A stretch of 44,456 bases of DNA from an uncultured Christensenella sp. (GCA_910578655.1 CAJTQE010000003.1:1-44456), one strand, 5' to 3'; numbered from the stretch's first letter, positions 16,344 through 25,025 are shown. Program-made: numbers and translations. Notes: a model not told the origin generated them from the letters alone.

Positions 16344-19300
16344 ATGGCTAATAAAGCGAAAAGCACAAGTATGATTGAATTAGAGGGCGAACTTTTAAAT
16401 GCGGTAAGCTATGCAACCTTTTATTGCAGGCTGCCGCTGTTTACGACTTTTAAAATTTTTAACCGTTCGGAAGAGAACGTCCAAAACGTCACCGTCAGTA
16501 TAAGCGGAAACGAGCTTATTTTGCCGACGGAAATTTCCGTTGCGGAAATTCCGCACGAAAGCAGCGTTTCCGTTACTGCGGAAAATATCTTAAACCCCAA
16601 ATACCTTGCGGATTTAGAGCAACCCGAGAAATGTAAGGTTGTCATTAAACTTACGCACGGCAAAGAAAACGTATGTGCTTTAAAGACCGAAGTGCTTGCC
16701 CTGCCCATAGACAGTTGGAGCGGACTTTCCGGCAATGCGGAAATGCTTGCCGCGTTCGTGCGCCCTAAACTTGCCGACTGCCAAAAAATTCTTGCAGAGG
16801 CAGGTTTGCAGTTAAAGACGTGGGGCTATTCGTCGGAGTGGAGCGGTTATGCGGGCAACGACAGAAACGCTGTCCGCAATGCCGTTGCCGCAGTATATTC
16901 GGCGATACGCCACCTCAATATCGAGCGTAAGGCAAGCGCAGATTTAACCGAAACGGTCAGCACGGGCGATATAAGCAAAATCGTAAAAAACAAAAGCGCT
17001 ACACCTTTAGAGCTTGCGCTTTTCACTGCGTCCTGCTTTGAGGCGACAAAATTAAATCCCGTCATAGTTATAGGTAAAAATAAAGTGGGCGTCGGCGTAT
17101 GGCTCTATGAAAGCTGCTTTTCGTGTTCCGTACAGGACGATATTTCCGTCGTCGAAAGATATATTATGGACGGCGTAAACAACCTTGCCGTTGTAGATTG
17201 CGACGATATGTTCGCGCACAAGAACGCAAGCTTTACAACGAGCGCGTCGCACTTCGAATCGTTCATACGCAGTAATTCGTTCGACGTCTGCCTCGACATT
17301 AAGCGCAGCAGAATAGGTGGAATTTTTCCTCTGCCTTTAAAGGTGAAAACAAAATCCGGATACGAGCTTCTGGACGATAAAGAGCTTTCGTACAGTGCAA
17401 AACCGCGTCAGCTTATCGACGCAAGCAAGTACGAATATTCGCGTACGGAATCAAAGGACAAGTCCTGGCAAAGGCGACTTCTCGATTTGTCGCTAAGGAA
17501 CAATCTTTTAAACTTCCGTTATAAGCGTGAGTGCCTGCACCTTCTGTCGTCGGATTTGTCGGCGTTCTGCGAACGGCTTGCACTCAAAGATAAATTCAAA
17601 TTAAGCCCCCCGGCGTCGGCGATAAAGGACGCGGCGTACTTCGGCGGCGCAACCGTCAAGAGTATGGAGGAACTTATCGCGATAGAGATGAAGTCGGGGC
17701 AGCTCAGGTGCTATTCAAGCGCGGACACTCTCTCCGAAGTAGTTACCTCGCTTATAAGAAAATCGCGCGCGTCGGAGGAAGAGACGGGCGCAAAGACGCT
17801 GTATCTTGCGTTCGGATTTCTCAAATGGAAAAATAAAAACGACAGCGAAGGCAAATTTGCGCCGCTCGCGCTTATGCCCGTCAACGTCAAAAAGGGAAAG
17901 AATTCGGTCATTAATATAGAGGTCGGCGAGAGTTACGAAGTCAATACCACGCTGCTTGAATTTTTGAAACAGGAATTCGGAATAGACATTCGCGGCCTTG
18001 ACGGTAAAGAGCTTTCGCCCAAGGAAATAATCACGGTGTTCCGCGCAAAGACGGCGAATATGAAAGGCTGGGCGGTCTATGAGGACGTCTATCTTTCGCA
18101 GTTCACTTTCGCCCGTTACGCAATGTGGGCGGACGTAAAAAAGAATATTTCGGAATACAGGAAAAATCCGCTTATTGCAAGCTTGCTTACAAATGCGAAT
18201 AAAATGGAAAACAACAAACTTTCGGGCGAAGTTGAGGACGACGGGGAGCCGTGTTCGGTTATAACGCCGCTGCCCTGCGACAGTACACAGTACGCCGCCG
18301 TTGCAGAGTCGGCAAAGGGAACGACTTTCGTTTTGCACGGCCCGCCCGGAACGGGCAAAAGCCAGACCATTACCAATATGATAGCCAACGCAATATTCAG
18401 CGGTAAGCGCGTACTTTTCGTCGCTGAAAAGCAAGCCGCTTTGTCGGTCGTAAAAAAGCGTCTTTCGGAGATAGGCATCGGCGATTTCTGTATGGAACTT
18501 CATTCGGGCAAGAGCGCGGATAAGGGTGAAATAGTCCGCTCTATAGAAAGCACTCTTGCGCTGAAATGTCGGCTTTCGGACGATAAATTCATCGCCGCAG
18601 GCGAAAGAATCAAGTCGGCGCGAGGCACTTTGAGGGCGCCTTTGGACGCACTGCACAGAAAGCGCAGGCTGGGCGTATCCGTCTACGAGGCGATTTTATA
18701 TTACTTGCAGAATAAAAATGCGCCGGAACTCGTCGACATAGAAAGCACGTTTTACGATTCGCTGACCGAAGAAAAACTTGCCGAGTGCGAAAAGATGCTT
18801 ATCACATCGCAGGCTGCGGCTGAGGAGTGCGGCGGAGTATACCGTTCGCCTTTTTCGGGGGTATGCCTCACGGAATGCGACAGGGGCGTAAGGACGGGCG
18901 TTCTGTGCGCTGCGGAAGTGCTGGTTGCCGAACTTAAACATTTAAAAAACTATATTGCGCTTTTCAACGATACTTTCAATCAAAAAGTAAGCAAGTTTAC
19001 CGCGCTTAAATTAAAGTCGCTTTCAAGCATTTTAGGCATTTTGAAAAGCGGCGAACTTGACGAATTTTACGAATGCGACGAAACGGAATTTTATAAATTC
19101 TATAACGCTAATATTCAGTACGACAGCGCAATTAAGCTTTGGGCAAACCGTTTTAAAACTCTGCCCGAAATAGGCAAACTTGCAGATAAAATCGATTCGG
19201 AACTTGAAAATTGGGGCGATAACTACCGTTCGTCCAAACATTTGCTGACCATATTAAAGAGAATGAACAAGTGTACCGACACTCCTTTAAAAGAAAGGGA

Positions 19301-21959
19301 AGAGGTGGACTGGTTAAAGAGGGCGAAAGAGCTTGAGGAATATAAAAAGCGTATGTTCTCGAATACCAAATTAGGCGTTCATTTTTCGGCTATGGGCGGC
19401 GGCATAAACGCAAAAAAGCGCGAGGACTTTTTAAAACCGCTGTACGACTTGCATACTCTGTGTTCACAGGTATTTATGGACTACAACGCAGACGCGTTCA
19501 ACAGCGTATGTATAGGCGCAAGCGGCGGACAGTTGAAGCCGCTTGTAACGGGGCTTATGCTTGCGATAGCTTCTTTTAACAAGAGCTGCGAAACGTTTTT
19601 AAAGACCCTTAAAATAGACAAAAAGGAAACGGCGGACTGCGATTTGTTCGAATACTATACCGTCAAGTGTAATGCGCTTATCGACAATATCGATATGCTT
19701 CCGGCCTGGTGCCTTTACAAGTCCACTGCCAAAGGGCTTGAAGACAACGGACTTAAATTTATGACTGCCGCAATGGAAAGCGGAAGAATAAGCGGAAGTG
19801 CGATTCTGTCTTCGTTCAGAAAAAACGTTTACAGAAACTTTATTCAAACCAACATTCCCGCCGATGAAGATTTGGCTGCGTTTTCTGCAAGCGTGCAGGA
19901 GGCAACGGCGGCGTCGTACGCGCAGCTTATCGAAGAGTTTAACGAGCTTACGCGCACTTACTTGCGCGACGTGCTGATTTCGCGTCTGCCCGAACCCGAA
20001 ACGGAGGGTCCGCTTGCGCTTGAACTTATGGCGTTTAACCGCAGTATAAAGGGCAATATGCGCGGTTTCAATATCAGAAATCTGTTTACGGAAGTACCTC
20101 AGCTTATGCGCATAGTCGCGCCCTGTATGCTGATGAGTCCGGTAACCGTTTCGCAGTACCTGCCCGCCGACCCCGAGCTGTTCGATACGGTAATCTTCGA
20201 CGAAGCGTCGCAGATGCCCACATGCGAGGCGGTTCCGTCGCTTGCGCGCGCAAAGAGCGCGATTATCGTCGGCGACCCTAAGCAGATGCCGCCCACGACG
20301 TTCTTTACTGTGTCCGGTCAGGACGAGGACAATCCCGAAACTGAAGATTTGGAATCGGTTTTGGACGACTGCCTTGCGCTCGGCATACCCGAAAAGCATC
20401 TCGTATGGCATTACCGTTCGAAGCACGAAAGTCTGATAGCGTTCTCGAACATAATGTATTATTCGGGCAGACTTTGCACTTTCCCGTCGCCCGACGCGCT
20501 TGAAAGCAAGGTTACTATGAATTACCTTGAAGACGGCGTTTACGAAAGGGGCGGAACCAAATGCAACAAAAAGGAGGCAGCCGCGCTCGTAGACGAGGTT
20601 ATAAAAAGACTTCAGGACAGCAGACTTAAAAATTCAAGCATAGGAATAGTGACTTTCTCAACCCCTCAGCAGGTGTTGATAGAGCGTATGCTTTCAAAGA
20701 AAATTTCCGAAAAGCATCTTGAGGACGTTGCGTACGAAAGGGAGGAACCGCTGTTTGTCAAAAACCTTGAAAACGTACAGGGTGACGAACGCGACGTAAT
20801 TTTATTCTCGGTGTGCTACGGTCCGGACGCGCAGGGCAGAATTTCCCTGAACTTCGGCCCGTTAAACCAACTCGGAGGTTGGCGCAGGTTAAACGTTGCA
20901 GTGTCGCGCGCAAGGGAAGAGATGATTGTATTCTCGTCTATGCGCTATTCTATGATAGATATGTCGCGCACCAATTCGCGCGGTGTGGCCGGACTTAAAT
21001 CTTTTCTTGAATTTGCCGAAAAGGGAAGAACGAGCATTTCCGTCAAGTCCAATGAAATTATACTGAATAAGCAGGGCATAGGTAAATTCATTGCCGAAGA
21101 GCTTTCGTCATACGGCTACGAATGCCGTTGCGACGTCGGCGTTTCCGACTTTAAAATCGACGTCGGAGTGGTAGACCCTCAAAACAGGCACAACTTTATT
21201 CTTGCCGTGCTTTGTGACGGTTCGCAAAGTTCGTTCTCGGTCAAGGACAGAACTATTTTGCAGGTTCAGACCCTTAAACGCAACAACTGGAACGTGGTCA
21301 GGCTGTACGCGTTAAACTTCTTCAACAACCCCAAACGTGAAATTAAAAAGATTAAAGACTTCCTCGACAGACTGACCGCAAGCGCGAAACCGTCTGTTTC
21401 AAGCTTCAAAAAACCTTATAAGGCTTGCAAGGCAGACGTAAAGGAATGTACGCCCGACTATATTTTAAGCGGCAAAAACGACGCGGAAGTAGTGCGCGTC
21501 ATTAAGGCGGTCGTCGCTGCGGAGGAGCCTATTTCGCATCAGTTTTTAATAAAGCGTACGCTTGCGCAGTACGGAATATCGAAGTTCGGCATAAAGCTTG
21601 AAAACAAGCTGACTGCGCTTATCAGGCTGTGCGGCTTCGGAAGAAGCAAAATTCTCGGCAACAAATATTATTTCCGTACCGATAAATATTCCGGGTTTGA
21701 CAGGTACCGCGTGGAGGAGGGAACCCCCTTGCGTTCCGCCGACACGGATTTTACTCCGTATGATATAATTTCGCTTGTAAAGGGAATTCTGTTAAACAGG
21801 GTCAGCGTATACGTGGAAGAGCTTCTCCCTGCAGTATTGCGGGAACTCAAAGTCCGCTCGTCGGAAAAATTCACCACGTTTATATCCGCCTGCATTGACG
21901 AGGGCGTGAAACGCGGCATATTCATAAGAAGTATTTCGGACAAGTTGACTTTATCGTAA
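16344..21959 (+). CDS. Giant SF1B (Upf1/DNA2-like) helicase with DUF4011-like N-region, REase-fold (DUF559/Vsr-like) domain and DUF3320-like C-terminus
   Basis: 1871 aa. LLDLSLRNNLLNFR motif, Walker A GPPGTGKSQT (18339..18362), DEASQ (20199..20213), GDPKQMPPT, WHYRSKHESLI, VQGDERDVILFS, LNVAVSRAREE. Next comes CDVGVSDFKIDVGVVDP...LAVLCDG...DRTILQVQTLKRNNWNVVRLY, which looks like a PD-(D/E)xK-type fold. The tail contains EEPISHQFLIKRTLAQYGI. Confidence 0.85.
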   Translation: MANKAKSTSMIELEGELLNAVSYATFYCRLPLFTTFKIFNRSEENVQNVTVSISGNELILPTEISVAEIPHESSVSVTAENILNPKYLADLEQPEKCKVVIKLTHGKENVCALKTEVLALPIDSWSGLSGNAEMLAAFVRPKLADCQKILAEAGLQLKTWGYSSEWSGYAGNDRNAVRNAVAAVYSAIRHLNIERKASADLTETVSTGDISKIVKNKSATPLELALFTASCFEATKLNPVIVIGKNKVGVGVWLYESCFSCSVQDDISVVERYIMDGVNNLAVVDCDDMFAHKNASFTTSASHFESFIRSNSFDVCLDIKRSRIGGIFPLPLKVKTKSGYELLDDKELSYSAKPRQLIDASKYEYSRTESKDKSWQRRLLDLSLRNNLLNFRYKRECLHLLSSDLSAFCERLALKDKFKLSPPASAIKDAAYFGGATVKSMEELIAIEMKSGQLRCYSSADTLSEVVTSLIRKSRASEEETGAKTLYLAFGFLKWKNKNDSEGKFAPLALMPVNVKKGKNSVINIEVGESYEVNTTLLEFLKQEFGIDIRGLDGKELSPKEIITVFRAKTANMKGWAVYEDVYLSQFTFARYAMWADVKKNISEYRKNPLIASLLTNANKMENNKLSGEVEDDGEPCSVITPLPCDSTQYAAVAESAKGTTFVLHGPPGTGKSQTITNMIANAIFSGKRVLFVAEKQAALSVVKKRLSEIGIGDFCMELHSGKSADKGEIVRSIESTLALKCRLSDDKFIAAGERIKSARGTLRAPLDALHRKRRLGVSVYEAILYYLQNKNAPELVDIESTFYDSLTEEKLAECEKMLITSQAAAEECGGVYRSPFSGVCLTECDRGVRTGVLCAAEVLVAELKHLKNYIALFNDTFNQKVSKFTALKLKSLSSILGILKSGELDEFYECDETEFYKFYNANIQYDSAIKLWANRFKTLPEIGKLADKIDSELENWGDNYRSSKHLLTILKRMNKCTDTPLKEREEVDWLKRAKELEEYKKRMFSNTKLGVHFSAMGGGINAKKREDFLKPLYDLHTLCSQVFMDYNADAFNSVCIGASGGQLKPLVTGLMLAIASFNKSCETFLKTLKIDKKETADCDLFEYYTVKCNALIDNIDMLPAWCLYKSTAKGLEDNGLKFMTAAMESGRISGSAILSSFRKNVYRNFIQTNIPADEDLAAFSASVQEATAASYAQLIEEFNELTRTYLRDVLISRLPEPETEGPLALELMAFNRSIKGNMRGFNIRNLFTEVPQLMRIVAPCMLMSPVTVSQYLPADPELFDTVIFDEASQMPTCEAVPSLARAKSAIIVGDPKQMPPTTFFTVSGQDEDNPETEDLESVLDDCLALGIPEKHLVWHYRSKHESLIAFSNIMYYSGRLCTFPSPDALESKVTMNYLEDGVYERGGTKCNKKEAAALVDEVIKRLQDSRLKNSSIGIVTFSTPQQVLIERMLSKKISEKHLEDVAYEREEPLFVKNLENVQGDERDVILFSVCYGPDAQGRISLNFGPLNQLGGWRRLNVAVSRAREEMIVFSSMRYSMIDMSRTNSRGVAGLKSFLEFAEKGRTSISVKSNEIILNKQGIGKFIAEELSSYGYECRCDVGVSDFKIDVGVVDPQNRHNFILAVLCDGSQSSFSVKDRTILQVQTLKRNNWNVVRLYALNFFNNPKREIKKIKDFLDRLTASAKPSVSSFKKPYKACKADVKECTPDYILSGKNDAEVVRVIKAVVAAEEPISHQFLIKRTLAQYGISKFGIKLENKLTALIRLCGFGRSKILGNKYYFRTDKYSGFDRYRVEEGTPLRSADTDFTPYDIISLVKGILLNRVSVYVEELLPAVLRELKVRSSEKFTTFISACIDEGVKRGIFIRSISDKLTLS

Positions 21960-22001
21960 AGAGTAACAAATAAGAAAAGACTGCTGTAATGTTATATAAA
22001 T

Positions 22002-22031
22002 AAAAAAACGGACTTTCAAGTCCGTTTTTTA
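22002..22031. terminator. Bidirectional intrinsic terminator between convergent genes
   Basis: Stem AAAAAAACGGACT / AGTCCGTTTTTT with loop TTCA, flanked by A-run and T-run. The stop codon of the minus-strand orphan lies in the loop. Confidence 0.8.
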
Positions 22032-22762
22032 TTTTGCTCCCATTTAAGCATTTTCATTTCAAAAAGTTTTATGTAGCAGGGGATGATAAATTCAAAACAG
22101 GAGAATAAAGCTAAAATATAGTCTAAACTATCGCAGTCGTCATTTTTAAGGTAAAATTTTCCTTTATTATTTTTAATTAAGCGCATTAAAAACGGTGAAA
22201 TGTACGGCAAATCTTTAATATAACGGTCAATTCTTTTTCCTTGTTTTACTTTTTTAAGCTTAATTGCAATTATAAATTCAGCTGCTATCAAACAGTACCC
22301 GTGCAGAGCATCTCTATCAAAAGATTTGTCAAAATTGCTTTCATTGATTTCCGTATTTATAATTTCAGCAAAAATGGGGTAAATGTTTTTTAAGTAGTTG
22401 TCTATACCGTATTTAAAGGGATATATTTCATTCTCATCTCCATAATACGTTTTGTATTTTGGCGCTTGGGCAAACATATAGTTTATTCTGTTGCAGAAAA
22501 CCAAAAAACACGCCTTATCAAAGTTTTCAATGAAAATGTTGAAATAGTCTTTAATAAAGGTTACTTGTGAAAAATCTACCGCTTTATGTAATTCTAATTC
22601 TACAAAATATTTGTCAAACGGTATAGTGTCGCCTATATTTATCTGCTTAAACGCTACGTTTTCAGCATAATAGTTTTTTATTAAAGTATTTACTTGAATA
22701 TCAGTGAAAACATTTGATTGTTCTTCTATAATCTCACTTTTACTAAACTTTTGTTGTTTCAT
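22016..22762 (-). CDS. Hypothetical protein (AT-rich orphan, no recognisable motif)
   Basis: ORF 22016..22909. Start moved to ATG 22762, which has GGAGAAAA directly upstream on the minus strand. 248 aa, rich in K/N/I/F/Y, no signal peptide. Divergent from the XRE gene. Confidence 0.6.
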   Translation of the reverse strand: MKQQKFSKSEIIEEQSNVFTDIQVNTLIKNYYAENVAFKQINIGDTIPFDKYFVELELHKAVDFSQVTFIKDYFNIFIENFDKACFLVFCNRINYMFAQAPKYKTYYGDENEIYPFKYGIDNYLKNIYPIFAEIINTEINESNFDKSFDRDALHGYCLIAAEFIIAIKLKKVKQGKRIDRYIKDLPYISPFLMRLIKNNKGKFYLKNDDCDSLDYILALFSCFEFIIPCYIKLFEMKMLKWEQNKKRT

Positions 22763-22830
22763 TTTTCTCCTTTGTAAAATGAGGATATTTTTGTAAAAAG
22801 GTATACTGTTGTGGGCTATCAAGCATTTTT

Positions 22831-22844
22831 CCCACAATTGTGGG
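22831..22844. promoter_or_regulatory. Perfect 14-bp palindrome CCCACAATTGTGGG (putative XRE operator), copy 1
   Basis: Located 12 nt upstream of ATG 22857 and overlapping the only purine-rich RBS candidate (GTGGGA). An extra half-site TTGTGGG sits at 22809..22815. Confidence 0.5.
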
Positions 22845-22856
22845 AATATGTTTAAT

Positions 22857-23066
22857 ATGGAAGACAAATTTAAAGACAGACTTAAAGAGTTGAGGCAAGA
22901 TAAGCACATTGGTCAAAAAGCATTGGCAAAAATTTTGAATATCAGTCACGGAGCTATCAGCTTTTGGGAAAACGGACAGCGTGAGCCTACTATGAGTAGT
23001 TTGATAGCTTTGGCTGATTATTTTGATGTTTCAATAGACTACCTTGTCGGCAGAAAAAATGATTAA
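22857..23066 (+). CDS. XRE-family helix-turn-helix transcriptional regulator, copy 1
   Basis: 69 aa starting at the internal ATG (MEDKFKDRLKELRQDKHIGQKALAKILNISHGAISFWENGQREP...DYFDVSIDYLVGR), a canonical Cro/CI-type HTH. The TTG start at 22809 in the ORF track is unlikely. Confidence 0.85.
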   Translation: MEDKFKDRLKELRQDKHIGQKALAKILNISHGAISFWENGQREPTMSSLIALADYFDVSIDYLVGRKND

Positions 23067-23126
23067 TTAGTTTAAAAGATTATAATAGATTATAGGGTAT
23101 ACTGTTGTGGGCCGTCAAGCATTTTT

Positions 23127-23140
23127 CCCACAATTGTGGG
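23127..23140. promoter_or_regulatory. Perfect 14-bp palindrome CCCACAATTGTGGG (putative XRE operator), copy 2
   Basis: Same element exactly 296 bp downstream of copy 1. Extra half-site TTGTGGG at 23105..23111. Confidence 0.5.
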
Positions 23141-23152
23141 AATATGTTTAAT

Positions 23153-23362
23153 ATGGAAGACAAATTTAAAGACAGACTTAAAGAGTTGAGGCAAGATAAG
23201 CACATTGGTCAAAAAGCATTGGCAAAAATTTTGAATATCAGTCACGGAGCTATCAGCTTTTGGGAAAACGGACAGCGTGAGCCTACTATGAGCAGTTTGA
23301 TAGCTTTGGCTGATTATTTTGATGTTTCAATAGACTACCTTGTCGGCAGAAAAAATGATTAA
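23153..23362 (+). CDS. XRE-family helix-turn-helix transcriptional regulator, copy 2
   Basis: Protein identical to copy 1, with one synonymous difference (Ser AGT vs AGC). Confidence 0.85.
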   Translation: MEDKFKDRLKELRQDKHIGQKALAKILNISHGAISFWENGQREPTMSSLIALADYFDVSIDYLVGRKND

Positions 23363-23389
23363 GCGGCGAAGATTACTTCGCCGCTTTTT
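23361..23389 (+). terminator. Intrinsic terminator after XRE copy 2
   Basis: Perfect 11-bp stem AAGCGGCGAAG / CTTCGCCGCTT with loop ATTA, followed by TTT. It is outside the duplicated unit, and copy 1 has no terminator. Confidence 0.85.
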
Positions 23390-23415
23390 AGTTATAGACT
23401 GAAAGCTATAATAAG

Positions 23416-24150
23416 TTATTTAATTATATCCTGCATATCGTATTTTCCCGAAGGTTTGCCTGCAATGAAAATCGCGGCTTTTATCGCGCCTGCGGCAAAC
23501 ACCTTTTTGGAGTGCGCCGAGTGGGATAGGGTGATGATTTCGTCCTCGCCGGCAAACATAACCTCGTGTTCGCCGACGATAGTTCCGCCGCGTACGGCGT
23601 GAATACCTATCTCGTTTCCGCGTTTCGTCGCGCCCTCCCTGCCGTATATATAGGGTTTTCCGGTCGCGTTCGCGCTCTCTGCAAGCATAAGCGCGGTGCC
23701 CGACGGCGCGTCAACCTTTTGGCTGTGGTGTCTTTCAATTATTTCAACGTCAAACTTTTCACCGAGAATTTCCGCGCTCTGCCTTACAAGTTTCATTAAA
23801 AGATTTACGCCGAGCGAAAAATTAGCCGTTTTGAATATAGCAATGCTTTTCGCGCTGTTCTCTATAAGTTGCAAATCCTTATCCGAAAATCCCGTCGAGC
23901 CGAGAACGACGGGCACGCCGTTTTTTGCTGCCCATTCAAGTTCGCTTTTCAAAACGGTCGGGGAGGAAAAATCGATAATTACGTCGACCTTTTCTTTAAC
24001 TTTTTCAAAGCTGTCGTAAACGGGGATTTTACTTTCGTTATTGCGCACGTCGACTCCGCAGACTGCCTTCGCATTTTTATCTCCGCGCAAAAGCTCTTCA
24101 ACCGTTGCGCCCATTTTACCGCTTATTCCGCAAATCAAAACGTTTATCAT
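23416..24150 (-). CDS. dapB: 4-hydroxy-tetrahydrodipicolinate reductase
   Basis: 244 aa. N-terminal GISGKMG and signature ERHHSQKVDAPSGTAL. Confidence 0.9.
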   Translation of the reverse strand: MINVLICGISGKMGATVEELLRGDKNAKAVCGVDVRNNESKIPVYDSFEKVKEKVDVIIDFSSPTVLKSELEWAAKNGVPVVLGSTGFSDKDLQLIENSAKSIAIFKTANFSLGVNLLMKLVRQSAEILGEKFDVEIIERHHSQKVDAPSGTALMLAESANATGKPYIYGREGATKRGNEIGIHAVRGGTIVGEHEVMFAGEDEIITLSHSAHSKKVFAAGAIKAAIFIAGKPSGKYDMQDIIK

Positions 24151-25025
24151 TTTATTACCTTTTTCAACTCTTTCAAAAGTATTGCCTCGTGTTCTTTTTC
24201 AAGCTTAGTCAAAGGGGGACGGGGCACGCCGGCCTCGAACCCGAGTAAATTGCAGGCTTGCTTCACGGGGATGGGGTTGACCTCTATAAAACACGCGTCC
24301 ATAAGCGGCAGAAGTTCGTCCTGCAATTTGTTCGCTTTTACTAAGTCGCCGCTCTTTACGCAGTTATATACTTCCTTAACTTGTGCCGGTGCAACGTTCG
24401 ATACAACGGAAATCACCCCTGCGCCGCCTATTGCAAGTATGGGAAGATTCAAAGCGTCCTCGCCCGAAAACAGGTCGCACTTTCCGCGCATCGCCGCCAT
24501 AGTGCGGCAAACCTGCGTCATATTTCCGCTGGCTTCCTTAATGCCCGCAAGGTTTTTTATATCGGCTATTTTTTCAGCCGTTTCGGGGGTGATATTCACA
24601 CCCGTACGCGACGGGACGTTATATGCGATTACGGGCAAGTGAACCGCGCCGCATATGCTTTTATAATATTCGTATATACCGGCCTGCGTACACTTGTTGT
24701 AATACGGCGTGACCGCAAGTATTCCGTCTGCGCCGAGTTTTTCGGCCGTCTTAGCGGCGTGAACGGCTTTTTTGGTGTCGTTGCTGCCTGCACCGACTAT
24801 AATTGCAATTTTGCCGTCGGCTGCTTTTACGGCGTATTTTATTACGGCTTGCTTTTCATCTTCGGTCATAGTAGCAGGTTCGCCCGTCGTTCCCAAAATA
24901 ACCAGAGCGTCAACTCCGCCCTCTATCTGATAGCCGATAAGTTTGCCGAGTGCGTCAAAATTAACTTCGTCGCCTTTAAACGGCGTGATAAGCGCGGTTA
25001 TAACTCCGCTGAAAATTCCTTTCAT
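24147..25025 (-). CDS. dapA: 4-hydroxy-tetrahydrodipicolinate synthase
   Basis: 292 aa. GTTGE and YNVPSRTG motifs. 4-nt ATGA overlaps with both neighbouring genes. Confidence 0.9.
   Translation of the reverse strand: MKGIFSGVITALITPFKGDEVNFDALGKLIGYQIEGGVDALVILGTTGEPATMTEDEKQAVIKYAVKAADGKIAIIVGAGSNDTKKAVHAAKTAEKLGADGILAVTPYYNKCTQAGIYEYYKSICGAVHLPVIAYNVPSRTGVNITPETAEKIADIKNLAGIKEASGNMTQVCRTMAAMRGKCDLFSGEDALNLPILAIGGAGVISVVSNVAPAQVKEVYNCVKSGDLVKANKLQDELLPLMDACFIEVNPIPVKQACNLLGFEAGVPRPPLTKLEKEHEAILLKELKKVIK

Larger units (their letters stand above)
22800..23362. repeat. Tandem duplication: two 267-bp copies (22800..23066 and 23096..23362) separated by a 29-bp spacer
   Basis: Base-by-base comparison shows 3 differences: 22817 T vs 23113 C, 22818 A vs 23114 G, and 22997 T vs 23293 C. 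Each copy holds a leader, a palindrome and a complete XRE gene. Confidence 0.95.

Noticed and set aside
17715-20426. Long minus-strand ORFs (17715..18656, 313 aa; 18116..18478; 19599..20426, 275 aa) inside the giant helicase gene
   Set aside because: They are antisense shadow ORFs of a GC-rich coding region. Their products are Arg/Phe-rich low-complexity sequence with no motifs or RBS, while the plus-strand frame carries unambiguous helicase motifs.
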